A stretch of 64,000 bases of DNA, taken from an uncultured virus (IMG/VR IMGVR_UViG_3300039099_000002) (taxonomy: Duplodnaviria; Heunggongvirae; Uroviricota; Caudoviricetes). The DNA lies in IMG/VR virus record IMGVR_UViG_3300039099_000002; one strand, 5' to 3'. Both the position numbers and the translations under genes were made by a program. Positions 61,024-64,000 of the stretch are shown here, in pieces. Numbering within the stretch: the first letter of the stretch is position 1; each line of letters begins with the position of its first letter. A model generated the notes under the pieces. The model was not told the origin of the DNA. It searched no databases and saw only the letters and a list, made by a program, of their open reading frames with translations.

Positions 61024-62181
61024 ATGAAATTAATCTGTCCTCAAAGTGATCTAAGTAGCAATATCTCTCTTGTCAGTCGTGCAGTCCCAACCAGACCAAC
61101 TCACCCTGTTCTTGCCAACATCTTATTGCAAGCAGATGCGGAAACTAATCAAGTTAGTTTAACAGCCTTTGACCTCAGTTTAGGTATCCGTACCAGTTTT
61201 ACTGCCAAGGTGATAGAAGGTGGCACAATTGCCCTTCCTGCAAAAATCCTCTTAGATATCATCTCACGCTTACCAGAAGGCGAAATTACCCTCGATGACC
61301 AATCAGGAGATAATACTGGAGAAGGTATAATTGTTACCATTAAACCTAAAAGCGGCAAATACCAAGTACGCGCAATGAGTGCAGAAGAATTTCCCGAATT
61401 GCCAGTCCTGGGGAAGGATGAAGTCATTGCACTAACAACCGCTGCACTAATTGAAGGACTAAAAGGGACTTTATTCGCTACCAGTTCAGACAAAACTAAA
61501 CAAGTCCTGACAGGTGTACATTTAACCCTAAAACAAGACACTTTAGAATTTGCAGCCACCGATGGACACCGTTTAGCCGTGCTGGAAACCAACAATGAGC
61601 GTCCTGTAGAAGGGAGTGAACAGGTAGAAGTGACAGTACCCGCAAGAGCATTACGGGAATTACAACGGATGTTAGGACATAGTTCCGCCTCGGAAGATAC
61701 TGTAGCGGTATACTTAGATCAAGGTCAAGTAGTCTTTGCTTGGCAAAATCAACAGTTAACAAGCCGCACTTTAGAAGGACAATATCCAGCCTATCGGCAA
61801 TTAATTCCTCGTCAATTTGAACGCCAAGTTACATTAGAAAGAAAGCAATTTATCAGCACCTTAGAACGAATTGCTGTATTAGCATTAGCAGATCAGAAAA
61901 ACAATATTGTCAAAGTTAGCATTGATAATGCCAATCAAGAAGTTACTTTATCTTGTGAAGCCCAAGATGTGGGTAGTGGTACAGAATCAATGCCAGCACA
62001 AATATCTGGAGAAGATATAGACATTGCTTTTAATGTCAAATATCTAATAGAAGGTTTGAAAGAATTACCATCTTCAGAAATTCAAATGCACTTAAATCAA
62101 AGTTTAACTCCAGTAATTTTTACGCCTTTGGGTGGCTCAAAAATGACATATTTAGCTATGCCAGTACAAATAAGAGATTAG
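61024..62181 (+). CDS. dnaN: DNA polymerase III beta sliding clamp, Nostocales host-like
   Basis: MKLICPQSDLSSNISLVSRAVP, AATDGHRL, LEGQYPAY, IAFNVKY and YLAMPVQ motifs; start ATG 61024. Confidence 0.96.
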   Translation: MKLICPQSDLSSNISLVSRAVPTRPTHPVLANILLQADAETNQVSLTAFDLSLGIRTSFTAKVIEGGTIALPAKILLDIISRLPEGEITLDDQSGDNTGEGIIVTIKPKSGKYQVRAMSAEEFPELPVLGKDEVIALTTAALIEGLKGTLFATSSDKTKQVLTGVHLTLKQDTLEFAATDGHRLAVLETNNERPVEGSEQVEVTVPARALRELQRMLGHSSASEDTVAVYLDQGQVVFAWQNQQLTSRTLEGQYPAYRQLIPRQFERQVTLERKQFISTLERIAVLALADQKNNIVKVSIDNANQEVTLSCEAQDVGSGTESMPAQISGEDIDIAFNVKYLIEGLKELPSSEIQMHLNQSLTPVIFTPLGGSKMTYLAMPVQIRD

Positions 62182-62277
62182 TGTTTATCAATCTCGATGA
62201 TTATTTATTGCAATCATCGAGATTGATAAAGATGATCACAAAAGATTGGTCAAAAAAGCCGAGAAAAGGAGAATAGC

Positions 62278-62571
62278 GTGTTAAAAACATTCATAAAAAG
62301 ACCTGTAAAAGTGCAAGCTATACAATTTACTGCTGAAAACAAGGACGCTGTATATTCTTGGGCGAGAACAGTTCAGTCCAATGTCTACCATGATCGAGAC
62401 ATCGAAGAAAGCCCCATTCTAAGGATACCAACTCTTGAGGGAGAAATGGTGTGTTCAATTGGCGACTATCTAATAGTTGAGCCATTCCCAACGGATTGGC
62501 GGAAGCTATACCCTTGCAAAAAATCAATATTTGAACAAAGCTATGATATTGCCGAAAGCAGCATCCAATGA
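62278..62571 (+). CDS. Conserved small phage protein
   Basis: KRPVKVQAIQF...IPTLEGEM...GDYLI...YPCK..IFEQSY. Confidence 0.75.
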   Translation: MLKTFIKRPVKVQAIQFTAENKDAVYSWARTVQSNVYHDRDIEESPILRIPTLEGEMVCSIGDYLIVEPFPTDWRKLYPCKKSIFEQSYDIAESSIQ

Positions 62572-62702
62572 TCGCTGTATTGCTGACCAAAAAAAAGAGC
62601 ATTAATTTAATGCTCTTTTTTTATTATTAGTATTGCCCGATATTATAATGCTGATTCATTTCTAGTGTCTTTACTAGCCAGCAATTCGTATGGGTCAAAA
62701 AT

Positions 62703-63023
62703 TTATTCGTCTTCGTAATACTCCTCCTCGTCGCAATGGCAAAATATATCGCCGTATCCGCCCAAGCTATACCCTATATCTCTGTATAGCTTTTGGTAGA
62801 CTTCGCTACTTTCTGTATATCCCGAATTTTGTAGGTCTATAATCAATTTGTTTACCCCAACCTCGTCAGCCATTTTTATAACTTCTGGGTTTTCTTCCCA
62901 CCTTAAAACATTGTATTCGTCTAGAATAATTTTATGATCGTGGTGTTTTTCGTTATCAAGAATCTCTGCGTATCATTCAATTTTATAAACTTCGTCGCGG
63001 GTTACGTAATTTTTGCTAGTCAT
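62703..63023 (-). pseudogene. 107-codon gene with an in-frame TGA at codon 17
   Basis: MTSKNYVTRDEVYKIE*YAEILDNE...EEEYYEDE; follows promoter 63063-63091. Confidence 0.6.
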
Positions 63024-63211
63024 TGTTTTTTGTTTGGTGTTTTGTTTATTTTCTATATATCTATAATACTATGGCTAACAAAAAAAGTCAACCCTATTTT
63101 GAAACTATTTTTTGCGCTTTTGTAGCCAAGTAATTAATTGGTTTTTAACCAAAAATAACCACACTGAAAACAGGGATTCAGTGTGGTTATTTAATTAAAG
63201 CTGTGCTTGCT

Positions 63212-63688
63212 TTACAGTGAATCTTTATTTTCAATGAACCACTTAGCACTGGTGGTCTTAGTCAACGTTTCAGGAATTTCTCCGTTGGCTTTGTTGAATT
63301 TAGCGATCGCTTTTTCCCGGATAGATAAAGCCCAGTCAATTTGTTTTTGACTGCCTTCTAGCTCTGGTAATGTATTTGCTTGTTCGCCAACTATTAATGC
63401 GCTCAGATTTTGGGATTCTTCCACAACCTCGCCATTAGCAATTTTCAAATAACCTTTCACAAGTTTCGTGTTGTCTGCGCCACCAGCTTCAACAAAACGG
63501 TAAATACCGTCGGGAAGATTGTCAATCCTTATCTGCACTGTGTGGCATTTATTGCGGTGCGCCCTTTCTTGGTTTTCTTCATCTATGGGAGTCCCATAAT
63601 CATTATGGTGAAAGGTTTTGCCCTCTTCTACAAGATAGGCATTGATTGCTTTCATTCTGCAGGACGTTAGCTGAACGTATTTTTCCAT
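63212..63688 (-). CDS. Hypothetical phage protein
   Basis: C-terminal LPELEGSQKQIDWALSIR...SAKWFIE motif. Confidence 0.75.
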   Translation of the reverse strand: MEKYVQLTSCRMKAINAYLVEEGKTFHHNDYGTPIDEENQERAHRNKCHTVQIRIDNLPDGIYRFVEAGGADNTKLVKGYLKIANGEVVEESQNLSALIVGEQANTLPELEGSQKQIDWALSIREKAIAKFNKANGEIPETLTKTTSAKWFIENKDSL

Positions 63689-64000
63689 TTTGTTTTTTGT
63701 GTTTTGATTTTTTTGCTTTTGGGTTTAGAGATCGCTGGCTGGAAACTATTTATTTTTCAAATTTTTTATCACCTTTGTGCAACGCGTAATCATCATCAAC
63801 CATTTCAAATTTAAATAAATCCTCTTCGTTTCTCGTGGCATTCAAAAACTCAATAATAAAGAATAGTTAACGTGCTGTAAAATTAGCAAGTCAGAGAAGC
63901 CACTAGGTGTGTTTAAGTATTTCGTCTTAATTATCTTCACAAATTGTCTTCTTGTATTTTAATTGGTAAGAACATCAAAATATAATTTTTGTTGGACAAT

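Noticed and set aside
7459..61762. Long antisense ORFs (7459-8010, 20008-20541, 26367-26924, 39607-40044, 61149-61595 and others)
   Set aside because: They are shadows of well-supported genes on the opposite strand
1116..63023. Stop-codon reassignment suggested by in-frame stops
   Set aside because: The interrupting stops are a mix of TAG, TAA and TGA, and long core genes are intact in the standard code; pseudogenisation fits better

Overview
This AT-rich 64 kb segment looks like part of a large cyanobacterial myovirus-like element, probably a phage-plasmid or temperate phage. The host is probably in the Nostocales, judged from a host-like dnaN, a host-like TPR gene and more than 30 HIP1 (GCGATCGC) octamers. 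Packaging and tail genes (large terminase, gp25-like wedge, baseplate spike gpV, tail fibres) are scattered among replication and nucleotide genes (CyRepA1-like primase-helicase, DUF5895, RecD/Dda-like and SF2 helicases, RecJ, HU, HolA, HolB, DnaN, a cyanophage-type class I RNR pair). Accessory genes include DNA methyltransferases, AlkB, Nudix, ASCH, a macrodomain and orphan antitoxins. The most striking signal is non-coding. A dispersed element with 7 heads and 8 blocks consists of an outward sigma70 promoter, a conserved ~250 bp head with an inverted repeat and a second promoter, and a variable array of ~152-159 bp stem-loop units. One array is split at an ACAAAT site by a 1.9 kb decaying host-like fragment (DUF3800 and Dcm pseudogenes), which suggests the arrays are recombination or capture sites. 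Also seen: IscB/IsrB-type transposon ends bracketing 4.7 kb of cargo, a protein-less TnpB-type mini-element, a paired 15-bp operator regulon, and a promoter-terminator-bounded candidate ncRNA with a tRNA T-arm. All functional calls come from motif recognition by eye; no database searches were run.
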